The notes beneath the pieces were generated by a model. It made no database searches. It was not told where the DNA came from and saw only the letters and a list, made by a program, of their open reading frames with translations. Position numbers and translations under genes: made by a program. Positions 11,701-22,666 of a stretch of DNA of 64,000 bases are shown here, one piece after another. Numbering within the stretch: the first letter of the stretch is position 1; each line of letters begins with the position of its first letter. Location of the stretch: NCBI GenBank assembly GCA_023334545.1, contig JAADVB010000014.1, positions 1 to 64,000 of the forward strand, in the 5' to 3' direction. The stretch is from Salisapilia sapeloensis CBS 127946 (Eukaryota > Protista > Oomycota).

Positions 11701-13165
11701 CTCGTCCACCACTGCGAAAGTTCTGAAGAACAAAGTCCTTCCGCAGCATACGACATCGGTCCCAGCAAAAGTTGTACAGCTCAATGCCGTCTGGAGGTCG
11801 AGGTGGGTTGAAGCGAGGATCGTCACCCATCGTGTCTCGGTCCATAATGTGCTGCTCAATGTACAACTGCGTACGTCGAAGCACACCAGGCGGACGGATT
11901 TCCTCTGGAATATCCAATTTGTGGTCGGCAGAGCTACGCTGGAAGCGTTTGATAATCAAGTTCTTCTCCTGGTTCGGATAACCTGGAAAGCATTTTTCAA
12001 AAACACTCAACTCGTCGATACGAATGTGCAGCTCGCGTTCCGTCGGACTGCACATGTCGACGCACGTGCCGTCCAAGTTCTGAGCACTCTTGTACGACGA
12101 CTTGTGAGGCTTCGTGGGTTTCACAGGAGCATTCTCATCCGCCGCTTTCGGAGGTTTCTTCATTTGAAAGCGTTGCTTTCGCTCTTCGTCTCGAGATGGA
12201 CTTTGAGAGGGGGAGCGGTCTGGTAGAGCTTCGAGACTTTGCATTGCAGATGGTGCTGGCGTCTGTTGTGAACGAACGACCTTGGGCTTGACTTTCTTCA
12301 TCATACCCTGCTTGCTCTGCTTCTTGGCAACTGCTGGCGGACCAGTCTTGTGAGAGTAGGATTGCATCGGAGGCTGAGAGGTAGTTGGTGGAAAGCCATT
12401 CGTAGCATCCGGCGTCTTCTTCTTCTTCCGTCCAAATGCGTGCTCGGAATTGTGCGAAGGCTCCGTCGGTGGCTGAAAGGAAGATGCAAACGGATTCAAG
12501 CCAGAGCTACTGGGTGCACTGGCTGGAGGCTGATGGCCAAATGCTTTCTTTGGATGATGACCGTGGTTTGGCTGTCCAAAGGCAGTGGACTTGCCATTGG
12601 ACTGTTCTTGCTGTCCAAAGACAGTAGATGCAGAGGTCGTTTTAGGCTTAGAGGTGCGATTCGATTGAGGAGTCTGGAAGGGATTAAACGCAGTCGAAGT
12701 TGCTGGAAAAGCAGAGGACTGGGCTGGTGCCTGTGATGGTGTCCAGGTCTTATGACCAAAGGTTCCAGGCGCTGACGTCGGCTGCTGTTGCTGTCCGAAT
12801 GATGTCGATGGCTTCGTCTTCTTCTGTCGAGACTTCATTTCGCTTGCTCCTGGTCCGGATGAAAAGCTCTTCTGCTGCTTTGGCTTCCCGAACGTCGTGT
12901 GTGTCGATCCAGTGCCTGTGTTCTGGCCGAAGGTTGTGGCTGGAGACTGGAATGCTGCGGCTTGACCACCCTTGTTTCCTCCGAAAGGATTTCCATTCGA
13001 TCCGTTCGATCCTACAAGGTGCGTTTACTCGAGCACTATAAGGTATCTATCGTAGGCAAAGCTACCTTGAGGCTTCGCAAACGGATTTGCAGCGGGAGCA
13101 CTCGCAGTGCTCGGTCCTAAGAATGCAGTGGCAAGATGTCGAGCCGACGTGAGAAGTCCGGACAT
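8705..13165 (-). CDS. SAC3: SAC3/GANP (TREX-2 mRNA export scaffold) with FG-rich N-terminus and central coiled coil
   Basis: LDGTCVDMCS.TER, FQRSSAD..IRPP.VL..T, R..RKDF.LQN, E.VAR.H motifs. An upstream exon (ATG 13165) and a 54-nt intron 13012-13065 extend the ORF in frame. Confidence 0.9.
10660..10701. repeat. 21-bp near-perfect tandem duplication within the SAC3 coiled coil (EEARKQ x2)
   Basis: gctttcgagcttcttcctctt followed by gctttcgagcttcttcctttt. Confidence 0.8.
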
Positions 13166-13769
13166 TTATGAGGAAAACGTTTGCTGGGGCTACTAAGATA
13201 CTAGGGTGGTAGTGGATGAGGGAGAAGGAGGTGCAGTCAATATATCGTTTATCATCCTCCGTAGAAATGGTATAAATGAAAAATCTTCTGCCCACCCTTC
13301 TCCCGTCCATGTCGTTTGATATCGATTTTAGGATATACAAGAGTGAACGTGATGGTTTGAATCACATCCTCGACCTTCCCACTCGTCCACACTAGCCAAG
13401 GAGACACACAAAGAAAATTAAAAGATTAAAACGTCTACGATACCTCCAAACATGCCTTCGCCTCCTTCACTCTGAGCGACGTGCTTTCGTGGAATGGACG
13501 AAGGCGTTATTTTTTATTGTTTCTTACATGTTTTCCGAACAAAACCCACTTCATGTGGACCACATTACCTGATTTTGGCGGGGTATAGTGAAAGCAAGTG
13601 TGGAGTGCAGGATGAGTTGGCCACCAGTCGATTTCGATTCCATTTTCGACCTCTGCTCACGTTCCAATTTGACAGCGACTTTGCCGCCGCGTTATATCGG
13701 AGGTAGTCCATCCATCCTTACTCTGCTTTAGCTAGCTTCACTCATCCGCCTCTTCCTAGTTGAGAAACA

Positions 13770-14448
13770 ATGGTGAAGCACAACAACGTCATCCCCAACG
13801 GCCACTTCCACAAGGACTGGCAGAACCGCATTAAGACGTGGTTCGACCAGGTATAGCTCACGCGTGCACGAGTCCACGGCAATATGTGTACTCACGATGA
13901 ATATATAGGCTGCCAAGAAGAAGAACCGTCGTCTTAAGCGCAAGGAGAAGGCTGCTGCCGTCGCTCCTCGCCCGGCCGATGGTCTCCTCCGCCCGGCTGT
14001 CCACTGCCCGACGGTCAAGTACGCCAGCAAGGTCCGTGCTGGTCGTGGTTTCACCCTTGAGGAGCTCAAGGCTGCTGGCATCCCTCGTAAGCAGGCCCTG
14101 AGCATCGGCATTGCCGTCGACCCTCGCCGTGTCAACCGCTCGGTCGAGTCGCTCCAGGCCAATGTCCAGCGTCTCAAGGCGTACAAGGCCAAGCTCGTCA
14201 TCTTCCCGCGCAAGGGCTTGAACAAGCCCAAGCACGGTGACTCCTCTCCGGAAGAGACGAAGAACGCCGTCCAGCACACGGGCCCGATTCTTCCGATCGA
14301 GCGCTCGCAGAAGCCGCTCAACGAGATGGCTGCGATCACGGACGACATGAAGAACTTCGAGGCTTACAAGACGCTCCGTGTCGCTCGTGCTGACGCTCGT
14401 ATCGTTGGCAAGCAGGCCAAGCGCCTCAAGGAGAAGAACGCCAAGTAA
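13770..14448 (+). CDS. RPL13: 60S ribosomal protein L13 (eL13)
   Basis: [27 protein letters not shown], then intron 13851-13908, then [48 protein letters not shown]. Strong codon bias. Confidence 0.98.
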
Positions 14449-14712
14449 TCTTGACCAGATGAGGTTGCTAAAGTGGAATACGACTGTCCTTGGAACACAT
14501 TGGGGATACTCCGAAAAATTCGTTTTTTGTTCTACTTGATCGTAATTTCCATATCTAGGACGCATGACCGAGCAGCTAATTATAGTGTGAAACGCAGGAC
14601 GGATGAAGACGTCACTTTCACCGGGCGCTTACAATAGCCTTCGCACGAGAGCACATTGCGTAGGTAGTTGAACCTCTGTCACTGCTGTGCTTGAACGGGA
14701 AGGATAGACGTC

Positions 14713-15769
14713 ATGGGCGGTGGTAATAACGACAGCTTTGAAGCTTTCCAAGCTTGTCTTGATGACCTCGGTATCGAGTTGGACGATCCGATGGAAACAG
14801 AGGAAGACTTTGAAGAGCTGGAAGAGCTAGACCTCTCTGACAAGCAACTGGCAGAGATTCCCCAGTCACTACTAGTAGTCTTCCCACCCAACGTAAAGAT
14901 GCTTGCGCTTGAGAAGAATAACTTGACGGAGTTGCCATTGGATGGATTAGATGCGATGGCATCCGTGGTCGAGATATACTTGCGCGAAAATGCACTCACG
15001 AGTCTGCCAGTGACGATCTACGAGATGATCAACCTAGAAAACATATATTTGGAAGATAATCGTCTTACTACTGACGGCATTCCCGACAGCATCGGTAGAC
15101 TAGCTCAAACTTTGACTGGTTTGTGTCTGCATCGAAACTTGTTAACGGTATTAGCATACTAGAGAACTCTTGGCAGCACTACTAACTGACGGCTTCGTAT
15201 GAGACTTATAGACATTGCCAAGCAGCATCTGCAAACTGACAAATCTGGAAGAGCTGTATCTGAACGATAACAAGCTTGTGTCGTTACCGGAAGAACTGGG
15301 GCAGCTTACAAATTTGAAAGCACTAGACATACCTGACAATGATCTCGAAATACTGCCAGATTCATTGGTAGAGCTGTCGAAATTGGAAATCTTTCACGCC
15401 GAGCGCAATAAGATCACAAAACTTCCGAAGGCCTTAGGAGGATTGGTGTCGCTAAAAAAGGTGTACTTGCAAAACAATTGTTTGACCAAGCTTCACGCAT
15501 CTTTGGGCCGATGTGTTAAGCTAGAAGTTTTAAACGTTGAAGACAATAAGCTCGCTAAAGTCGCAAAGAGGATTGGTGATCTGCCGAATCTTAAATACCT
15601 ACTCCTTGCAAACAATGCCATTACAAGCATACCATTCAACCCTACGGAAAAGCATCTCGATCTTCGCAGACTTACTCTAAGTGGAAACCAACTTTCTCGC
15701 GAGATGCTCGACTTGGAAGCCAAGGTCCACCTTGAGGGAGTTAGCGAAGATATAGATGAGAACGAATGA
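14713..15769 (+). CDS. Leucine-rich repeat protein (LxxLxLxxNxL..LP type)
   Basis: About 10 LRRs. Intron 15148-15211 with ACTAAC branch site joins NLLT to TLPSSICK. Confidence 0.9.
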
Positions 15770-15978
15770 AACAAAAGGTACTGCTTTCCAGATCATTTCC
15801 GTTTATAAAGGAGTGCGACTAGTACATGTGAGCTTCTGTATAATCATACTCGCTTACCAGCTTCTATTCTATTTACTTAAGTATCATGCATACAGCTTCT
15901 ATAGTTCATCATGTCTCCGCATGGGTGTATCTTCATCTAGTTTTCGACAGCAACCAAATACATTGGAAGTATTGCATA

Positions 15979-17267
15979 TCACGTAAAGAACGCGTGGGTA
16001 TCTAGCTCCGTCTTTATTGGTGAGAGGAGATCAAGGGGTGGATCTCCAGAGTCTCCGTGGAGCTCACCAAAGTCAAACCCATCGGAAGTCGTAGCTTGAA
16101 TGGATGAAGCGCCTTCACGTTGTTTACCTTTTTTAGACGCTCGCCCTTTAGACCTCTTCTTACCGGATTTTGTCATACTTGACTTGGCTACTTCTTGACC
16201 TGCTTGCATGAAGGCAGGAAGACTTCCATCAGGCGAGAGTGCTGGAATACCAAATGAAGGCAAAGCATCATCTCCAATTGAAGCGGCCCCACCTCCAAGT
16301 AACTGTAGCACACGATCATTACCAGCTAACGCATCCTTTTGTCTTCCAATCTGTCCATGAAATGCATATGAGATATGAGATACTTGTCAACCAAAGGTGC
16401 TGCGCCGTGTGTACTTACAAGGTAGTTAAACGCGATGACTTGCTCTTTCAGCTGTAGTTGCATGTAGTATGCTCGAAAGAAAGCTGGATTCTGTTCCTCT
16501 AGTTTATGCCAGACAATGGAGGCAAACTCTGGCTCGATCTGTGCTTGCACCTTTAACGTCATGAGTACCTCGGACTACAAAAGCACATCAATTGGTGAAT
16601 TGAAAGGGAGAATGCAGATGATAAGCTGCTGTTAATAGCGTACCTTAGTCAAGTACTGCTGAAGACACCTTTCGATAAGGTTTTGGACTTTTAAAACATC
16701 TTCCCACGTAAAATTAAATTGGTTCGAAGCTTCCACTTCATATTCCTGCTCTTCAGATGATCTTAACTCCTTTTTGTTTTTTGCTGTCTTCGTGCTAATA
16801 CTCGGTAAGTGAGGAGGTGCTTTATTTTGCATCGGTTGTTCGCTTAAATTATTAGCGCTGTCGGAAGCTTGGTGCTTGGTGTCTCTTGAACTTTGTTCAT
16901 CATCGTCAAAAGTAAGCTCACTGTGATGAAAGTCAAGATCGTGAGATTCCATTTTGTCATCGTCATCTTGCGATGCTTTCCAGTCTCTACTTTCATCCGC
17001 ATCTTGATAGTGCATACTTCGATCTAGAGCTTCAATCGACTCGTCCAATGCCTCTGGATCGACATCGCTACTGAGATGGTCGTAGTACATTGTCTTATCA
17101 TTCCGACGGTTCATACAAACATCGCTTTCACTGTTGTTCATATCAGCGTCTAAAGAGTCTTCTGTGTGTGATGTAGCTTTCTGCTCTTCAAACGGCTTGT
17201 CCTCGTCTTGATTCGATAGTACAGCAGCTCGTTTTCCCAGCTTCTTCGTCTTCATCCTTGTATCCAT
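15979..17267 (-). CDS. A_thal_3526 / TIGR01589-like domain protein (multi-exon; 3' end uncertain)
   Basis: Spliced VQNLIERCLQQYLTK|SEVLMTLKVQAQIEPEFASIVWHKLEEQNPAFFRAYY matches the VQ.LIE.C..KEE..L..A.I.P..T..VW..LE.EN..FF.AY signature. Confidence 0.75.
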
Positions 17268-17911
17268 AGTGCACGAACACGAAATGTCCACTCCAAAGAC
17301 GCCTTTGCGACTGCACGATAGGAGTTGAATGAAAAGACACAAACGATGAACCTGTAGGCAGTTTATGCGATCAAGAATGGGTTTCACCTTGGCATGAAAA
17401 GACGCAAAAGAGATTATACATAAACTAAGCCCATAAAACGTAGCAACGGTCAGTCAACCGTCAATAAGAGCGTTGGATCTTGTTTTTACTAAATCTTTGT
17501 CGATCGGGCATACCCACTCCCATTTCTGCAGTGGCGGAAAGTGGCGATTCAATAATCCAAGTTACTACTGTGATCTCTACATCCCATAAATGACCAAAAG
17601 CGCATCAAAGTCTCACGTGTAACAAGTAACACCTTCACGATGTTGTCATAAATTGCACGATGCGCACAATGGATAGATAAAGCACTCTTTTCTTTAGTGT
17701 TGCTTGGGCATACATGGTGTGAAACTGAGCATTTTGCATCGTATTTTATTCTGCCTACACACTATTTATTCGCAGTAGAAACCATAGCAACCGAGAAGCT
17801 GCACCAGACAGCAAACCCTCTAAGTTTCCAAGCTATGAATAGAAGCATGAAACTGGTGCATCTTCTGCATTTAGGCTTTGTGATCGACAATTAAACACAG
17901 CAATCACAGTC

Positions 17912-20900
17912 ATGACCTATGATTTATTGCAGAAGGTCGAATTGGATGAAGATTCATTATCCACTTCAAACACCATGGATGAAGGAGTAGAAGACTTGTT
18001 AAGACTCGATATTGCGTCTAATTGCTCTTCACCAATACGTACTCCGATGAGTCCGCTTTCTCCTATAGACAGCAAATACGAGCAAGAATTGATCGCTTCG
18101 GCCTGTGGTGGGCACACTCGGCCTGAAGAAGTGAAGGAAATGGATATTAGCAAGACTATAGAGCAGAGAAAGAAGTCTTTGAAAAGTCTCTATTCGTTAA
18201 GCCAGTATTCCTTTCTAATGAAAGTGAATTTATCCAATAATGCAATTCGCACAATGGCTGGTCTTGAGTCATTTCCAAACCTCGAAGAGTGTATCCTCGC
18301 CAGAAATCAATTGAAACGTATTGATGCACCTTTCAGCCAGCTCCCGAAGTTGAGAAGACTTAATCTAGCCGGTAATTTTATTTCTCATCTACCAGAAGAA
18401 ATCTCTCAGCTCGATTCTCTCGAAGAGCTGGATATCTCAGGTAATAATTTGAAAGTACTTAAGGAAATGCGTGTTCTAGCTTCGCTCTCTCAGCTTCATC
18501 AGTGCAATTTCTCCGCTAACCCCATGTGCCGACTGCCAACTTATCGACAGTACATTGTCTATCATCTCCCAACGCTCGAAAAATTGGATGGAATCTTCAT
18601 TAGCGAACAATTGAGGGATGATAGTCGGCATCGATATCAAGATCCTACGTTTGCGAGAGAGAGGTATATAAAGGAGACGAATGAAGCATTCATGCGAGAG
18701 CAGCAAAGGTTGTGCGATGCTCGTAATGAATTAGAAGTCGAGAATCAACGACTTAAAAAGGAATTGGAAATTAAGTCGAAATTACTTCAAAACAAGACAA
18801 AGGCCTGGTCAGCAGCAACGGAACAACTCGCTGAGTTACAGAAAGATGTAGCTATGATGAATCTCGATACCAGATTACCTTCGAGAATTGTACAAGAACA
18901 GAGTCGGCCTATCTCTGCTAATCAAAGTCTATTTCTGGGCAAAAAACCAAAAGATGGTTCATTACCCTTATTAAGACGTCATAGTGCCTCCAACTTGGTA
19001 GTTCAACAAACACGTGCAGATGACACGCTACCTCCAAGCAAACCCGTAGAATTCAGCAATAGGTCATACTCTTCTTTTGGAGCCAAAGAATGGATCCATG
19101 AAAAGCAAGACTCTTTAGGAGCCGTTGACCTCAAGCCAAACAATTGTTCGACTCCCACAGAGGCTCCCTATGGTACTGACATGGGTTACAAGCGTACTGT
19201 TGCATCTCGAACTAGAGTGCATGGTTCAGCTGTAAACGTATCCCCAATGGACCTAAAATCAAACAGACAAAATGGAAACCCAACATCCAAAAATTCTTTG
19301 CAACCTAAACTCGAAAGGCAATGCTCGTCAAAAAGGAATGAAATATCGAAAACTGCAACCGATGCATGCTCACAATTGACTGATGCAAAGGAAAATAAGC
19401 TTAATAATTCTACACCCTCAGAACCACTTTATGCGGAAAATCAGCCACAAGTAGATGCCGATAGGCAACGAAAGCTAGTTTTAACGCTCCATTCTTATCA
19501 GCAGACCTTATTAAGCGATATAGCTCAAGAAGAAGATGAATTGCACAAATTAAAGAGCAATGAGAAACATTTGACCCGTGAGAAATGTTTTATTAATGCG
19601 AAGCTTGAAGACAGTGAGGAAGCGTACGAATATAATCGATGGTCTGATAATCATCCCGATGCCTGTTTGCAAGCAAGTGATACCTTTGGGATTAAGAAAA
19701 GGGATTTAGAGTACCGCAGTCAAATTGATGCGCTCCGCGAGAAGCTTCAATCCGTCGAGAATAAAGAGAAAAGCATTGAATTTACCTTGATGGAACTTAC
19801 AAAGCAAGCACTGAAGGATGATAGTGGCACGCATGGTCATAGTCTGCCATTGATGAGTGCACCTTGCATCCCTGACGCATTCTCAAAGGAAATTAGTGAT
19901 GCAACTAATGACCTCGAGGTTATAGTAACTGAAAAAGAGGAGATCTGCTCGGAATTAAACCGCATTATGCGAGCGCAGCAGAGTGCTTTAGCATATTTAA
20001 GTCAACAACACACTAAGCAGGACGAAAAAGCACATCTTCGAAAGTCTCTTAAAAAGTTGGAAACAGAGTTGAAAGACATACACGCGAAGATAAGGAAGAA
20101 AGAGAAAATAATTAAAGGCTTGAAAGAGAAATTACAAAGTACTGAATCTCAATTTGCCGACGTGAATAAGCCACTTTCTCCAGCAAAAACTCCCCCACAA
20201 ATGCAGTATTCCACGCCGACGTTTTTTAATTCGCCTACTCGGCCAATTAAACCAAAGTCGGAGATGAAAGATGTTTTAAAGAAGGTAAGGAAAACAGGAG
20301 ACTTACAGCCCAAGCTACATGATGAAGATCATGCGGACACTAGCGCAATTACAGACTCTGCAACAAACACGATCTTGGAAGAGCTTAAGCAAGATATATA
20401 CGTGCGCTTAGCTCAGCAATTGGCTACTCGGGCATCGGCTACTTCGAAACGTGCTTCGAGCACACACCTATCACCTCTGGAGATTAACGAAGCCATTAAA
20501 GACGAATTAAGCAATCAGATAAAGCTAGCCATGGACAATTATAAGCCATCTAAGTGTGGGACTGACATGAAGAGAACTGAGGTTCAAGATATCCGCCACT
20601 TGGATAACGATTTTTTTGAAACGATAGCATGTCCAAGTGTTCACTTGGAATATACCGATAGCCCGAAAATAGAATCGAGAAAAGATGTTGAGAACGACAT
20701 AAGCTATATGCTTTCTTGCACTCTCGATGCTGACAGCGTAAACTATACCATGAAGTATCATGTCGTGAAAGATTTACTGGCATCCACGCATGCAAACCAG
20801 CAAGATGTGCAGACCGCTGCACGGACATCAGCCTTATATCGTGTACGGAAGACATACGAACGATTACTATCTGTGCAACAGGTAAGTAATATTGATCCCA

Positions 20901-22435
20901 GTACATTTATCGAAATGGACAGTATGGGAAACAAACGAAGCTTTTTGAAAGTGGTTCTACACGCTGCACGGGATCTACCGACAGCACATTTACGAACACA
21001 GAATTTGGACCCTTATGTGTTGATGGAAATAGTGTACTCAAGAGATCGGGACTTGAAAAATAATGCGACAAAGGTCACAACAAATTTTACAAGCAGATCA
21101 CAGCTTAAAAAGGAATCAGCGAGTACTTTTCGGGCACGTAGCTGTACTCAGAAGCAAACTTTGTACCCAAGTTGGGATGAAGAGTTTATGTTTTCACCCG
21201 TAGAGTCTCTGAGTGGCTACCTTGATGTCCGTGTGATGAACGACCGTCGTACTAGTGAAGGCCAAACTGTGTGCGAGACAAAGATACCGTTGATCACTTT
21301 AATCCACCAAAGATGTACGAGCAAGTGGTATAAGCTACGTATACCCGCAGTTACGCCGAGCAGCTCTATATCCCCGCGATCAGGTTGTAGCTGGAATGGT
21401 CAAATGTTTAACAGAGATGCTAAATGCGAGCCTGCGATTCACTTGCAGCTTCAACTAACATTTTCACGGGTGGAACAACTGAAGAGAGCGTTAGATGAAC
21501 TGATAGGCAAATATATTCAAGTCCATGGTGAATTGCCGCCATTTGTACAACCACTAAAGGATGATGCATTGCCAGCAGTGATCATACCGACATGTAAAGC
21601 CTCCAATGCAAACTTATCAACTACTTGTCATGGTCTATCGAACAATGAAGATGATGTTGAGGATGCAGAGGAAAAGAGAGAGCCATCTCCTACACCTTGC
21701 AACGCTTCGAAATTGGCCAAGCATACAGAACATACTGCGAAAGATTGCCAAAGCAGTTCAAGGGATACAAAAGAGCATGAACGTATAGAGCAGGGTTTCA
21801 CATGCAAAGCAAGCAAAGGAAATGTTGTAAAAAGCTGTAATCGTATGCATGACAAGAATCAAATTGATACCTTGCAGCCTAGTATGATGTACAACAAGCG
21901 GAAGCCAGTTTCATCGTCTAATAACGTTAAGTTTCGTAGTACTCATCGCGATGATAATCAGAACACGCATGATGTGACGCAAGCTTCTCACCGAGTGCGG
22001 ATGTCATCGCCTCCAAAGGAAAAAGTCGCTCGAGCCAACTCCATGTACACATCTTTCAGTAACAGAGGCTATGCAGCTCAGAGCTCAGTATTGGATAGCT
22101 TCCAATCAGCAAGGTCATCATCTTCATTGGCAAACAAAGAATGTTTTGATGAATATAGCCCCTATCATCCATCGGTCAACGGTTTAGATGGCATGGCCAT
22201 CATAAAAACGCCGCTGTATTCAAGCTGTAAACGATCCATACCAAGTAGACTGCTTGGTAAACTAAACAGTCCACGGAAAACGGACCTAAGTATCTTTAAA
22301 AGCCCCGCTTATGCGAAACTTCACTCGACTCCAGTCTATTCAGACCGGTACATTGGCATTGACAACCAAACGAGTGAGCGCATGAAGCGCATATTCGGTC
22401 GTTTCGACAGTCCTAGTGCATATTATTCATACTAG
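17912..22435 (+). CDS. Large LRR + coiled-coil + C2-domain protein (centriolar/ciliary-like architecture)
   Basis: Single 1507-aa ORF. N-terminal SDS22-like LRRs with LRR-cap (NPMCRLPTYRQYIVYHLPTLEKLDG), coiled coils, and a C2 domain (LKVVLHAARDL..DPYV..QTLYPSWDEEF). Confidence 0.85.
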   Translation: MTYDLLQKVELDEDSLSTSNTMDEGVEDLLRLDIASNCSSPIRTPMSPLSPIDSKYEQELIASACGGHTRPEEVKEMDISKTIEQRKKSLKSLYSLSQYSFLMKVNLSNNAIRTMAGLESFPNLEECILARNQLKRIDAPFSQLPKLRRLNLAGNFISHLPEEISQLDSLEELDISGNNLKVLKEMRVLASLSQLHQCNFSANPMCRLPTYRQYIVYHLPTLEKLDGIFISEQLRDDSRHRYQDPTFARERYIKETNEAFMREQQRLCDARNELEVENQRLKKELEIKSKLLQNKTKAWSAATEQLAELQKDVAMMNLDTRLPSRIVQEQSRPISANQSLFLGKKPKDGSLPLLRRHSASNLVVQQTRADDTLPPSKPVEFSNRSYSSFGAKEWIHEKQDSLGAVDLKPNNCSTPTEAPYGTDMGYKRTVASRTRVHGSAVNVSPMDLKSNRQNGNPTSKNSLQPKLERQCSSKRNEISKTATDACSQLTDAKENKLNNSTPSEPLYAENQPQVDADRQRKLVLTLHSYQQTLLSDIAQEEDELHKLKSNEKHLTREKCFINAKLEDSEEAYEYNRWSDNHPDACLQASDTFGIKKRDLEYRSQIDALREKLQSVENKEKSIEFTLMELTKQALKDDSGTHGHSLPLMSAPCIPDAFSKEISDATNDLEVIVTEKEEICSELNRIMRAQQSALAYLSQQHTKQDEKAHLRKSLKKLETELKDIHAKIRKKEKIIKGLKEKLQSTESQFADVNKPLSPAKTPPQMQYSTPTFFNSPTRPIKPKSEMKDVLKKVRKTGDLQPKLHDEDHADTSAITDSATNTILEELKQDIYVRLAQQLATRASATSKRASSTHLSPLEINEAIKDELSNQIKLAMDNYKPSKCGTDMKRTEVQDIRHLDNDFFETIACPSVHLEYTDSPKIESRKDVENDISYMLSCTLDADSVNYTMKYHVVKDLLASTHANQQDVQTAARTSALYRVRKTYERLLSVQQVSNIDPSTFIEMDSMGNKRSFLKVVLHAARDLPTAHLRTQNLDPYVLMEIVYSRDRDLKNNATKVTTNFTSRSQLKKESASTFRARSCTQKQTLYPSWDEEFMFSPVESLSGYLDVRVMNDRRTSEGQTVCETKIPLITLIHQRCTSKWYKLRIPAVTPSSSISPRSGCSWNGQMFNRDAKCEPAIHLQLQLTFSRVEQLKRALDELIGKYIQVHGELPPFVQPLKDDALPAVIIPTCKASNANLSTTCHGLSNNEDDVEDAEEKREPSPTPCNASKLAKHTEHTAKDCQSSSRDTKEHERIEQGFTCKASKGNVVKSCNRMHDKNQIDTLQPSMMYNKRKPVSSSNNVKFRSTHRDDNQNTHDVTQASHRVRMSSPPKEKVARANSMYTSFSNRGYAAQSSVLDSFQSARSSSSLANKECFDEYSPYHPSVNGLDGMAIIKTPLYSSCKRSIPSRLLGKLNSPRKTDLSIFKSPAYAKLHSTPVYSDRYIGIDNQTSERMKRIFGRFDSPSAYYSY

Positions 22436-22666
22436 CTAGCAACTAGCTTATTATTTTGGCAAACAATATTGACGTGTCCTAGATGTCCAGTCATATGTAC
22501 AAACTTTTCTTTTATAAATTAACTTTTACTTGTTCACTACTTATCTTTTATTTTGTATACTATTATTCGCTGTAGACTGTACCAAATGCGTACGTTTGTG
22601 GCATTATGTGTATACTCGATCGACACGAACGCGACAACGAAAAAGGATAAAGCACCGTCGACCACG

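Noticed and set aside
13728-14565. Long antisense ORFs of 206 and 235 aa
   Set aside because: They are shadows of the strongly codon-biased RPL13 gene on the opposite strand.
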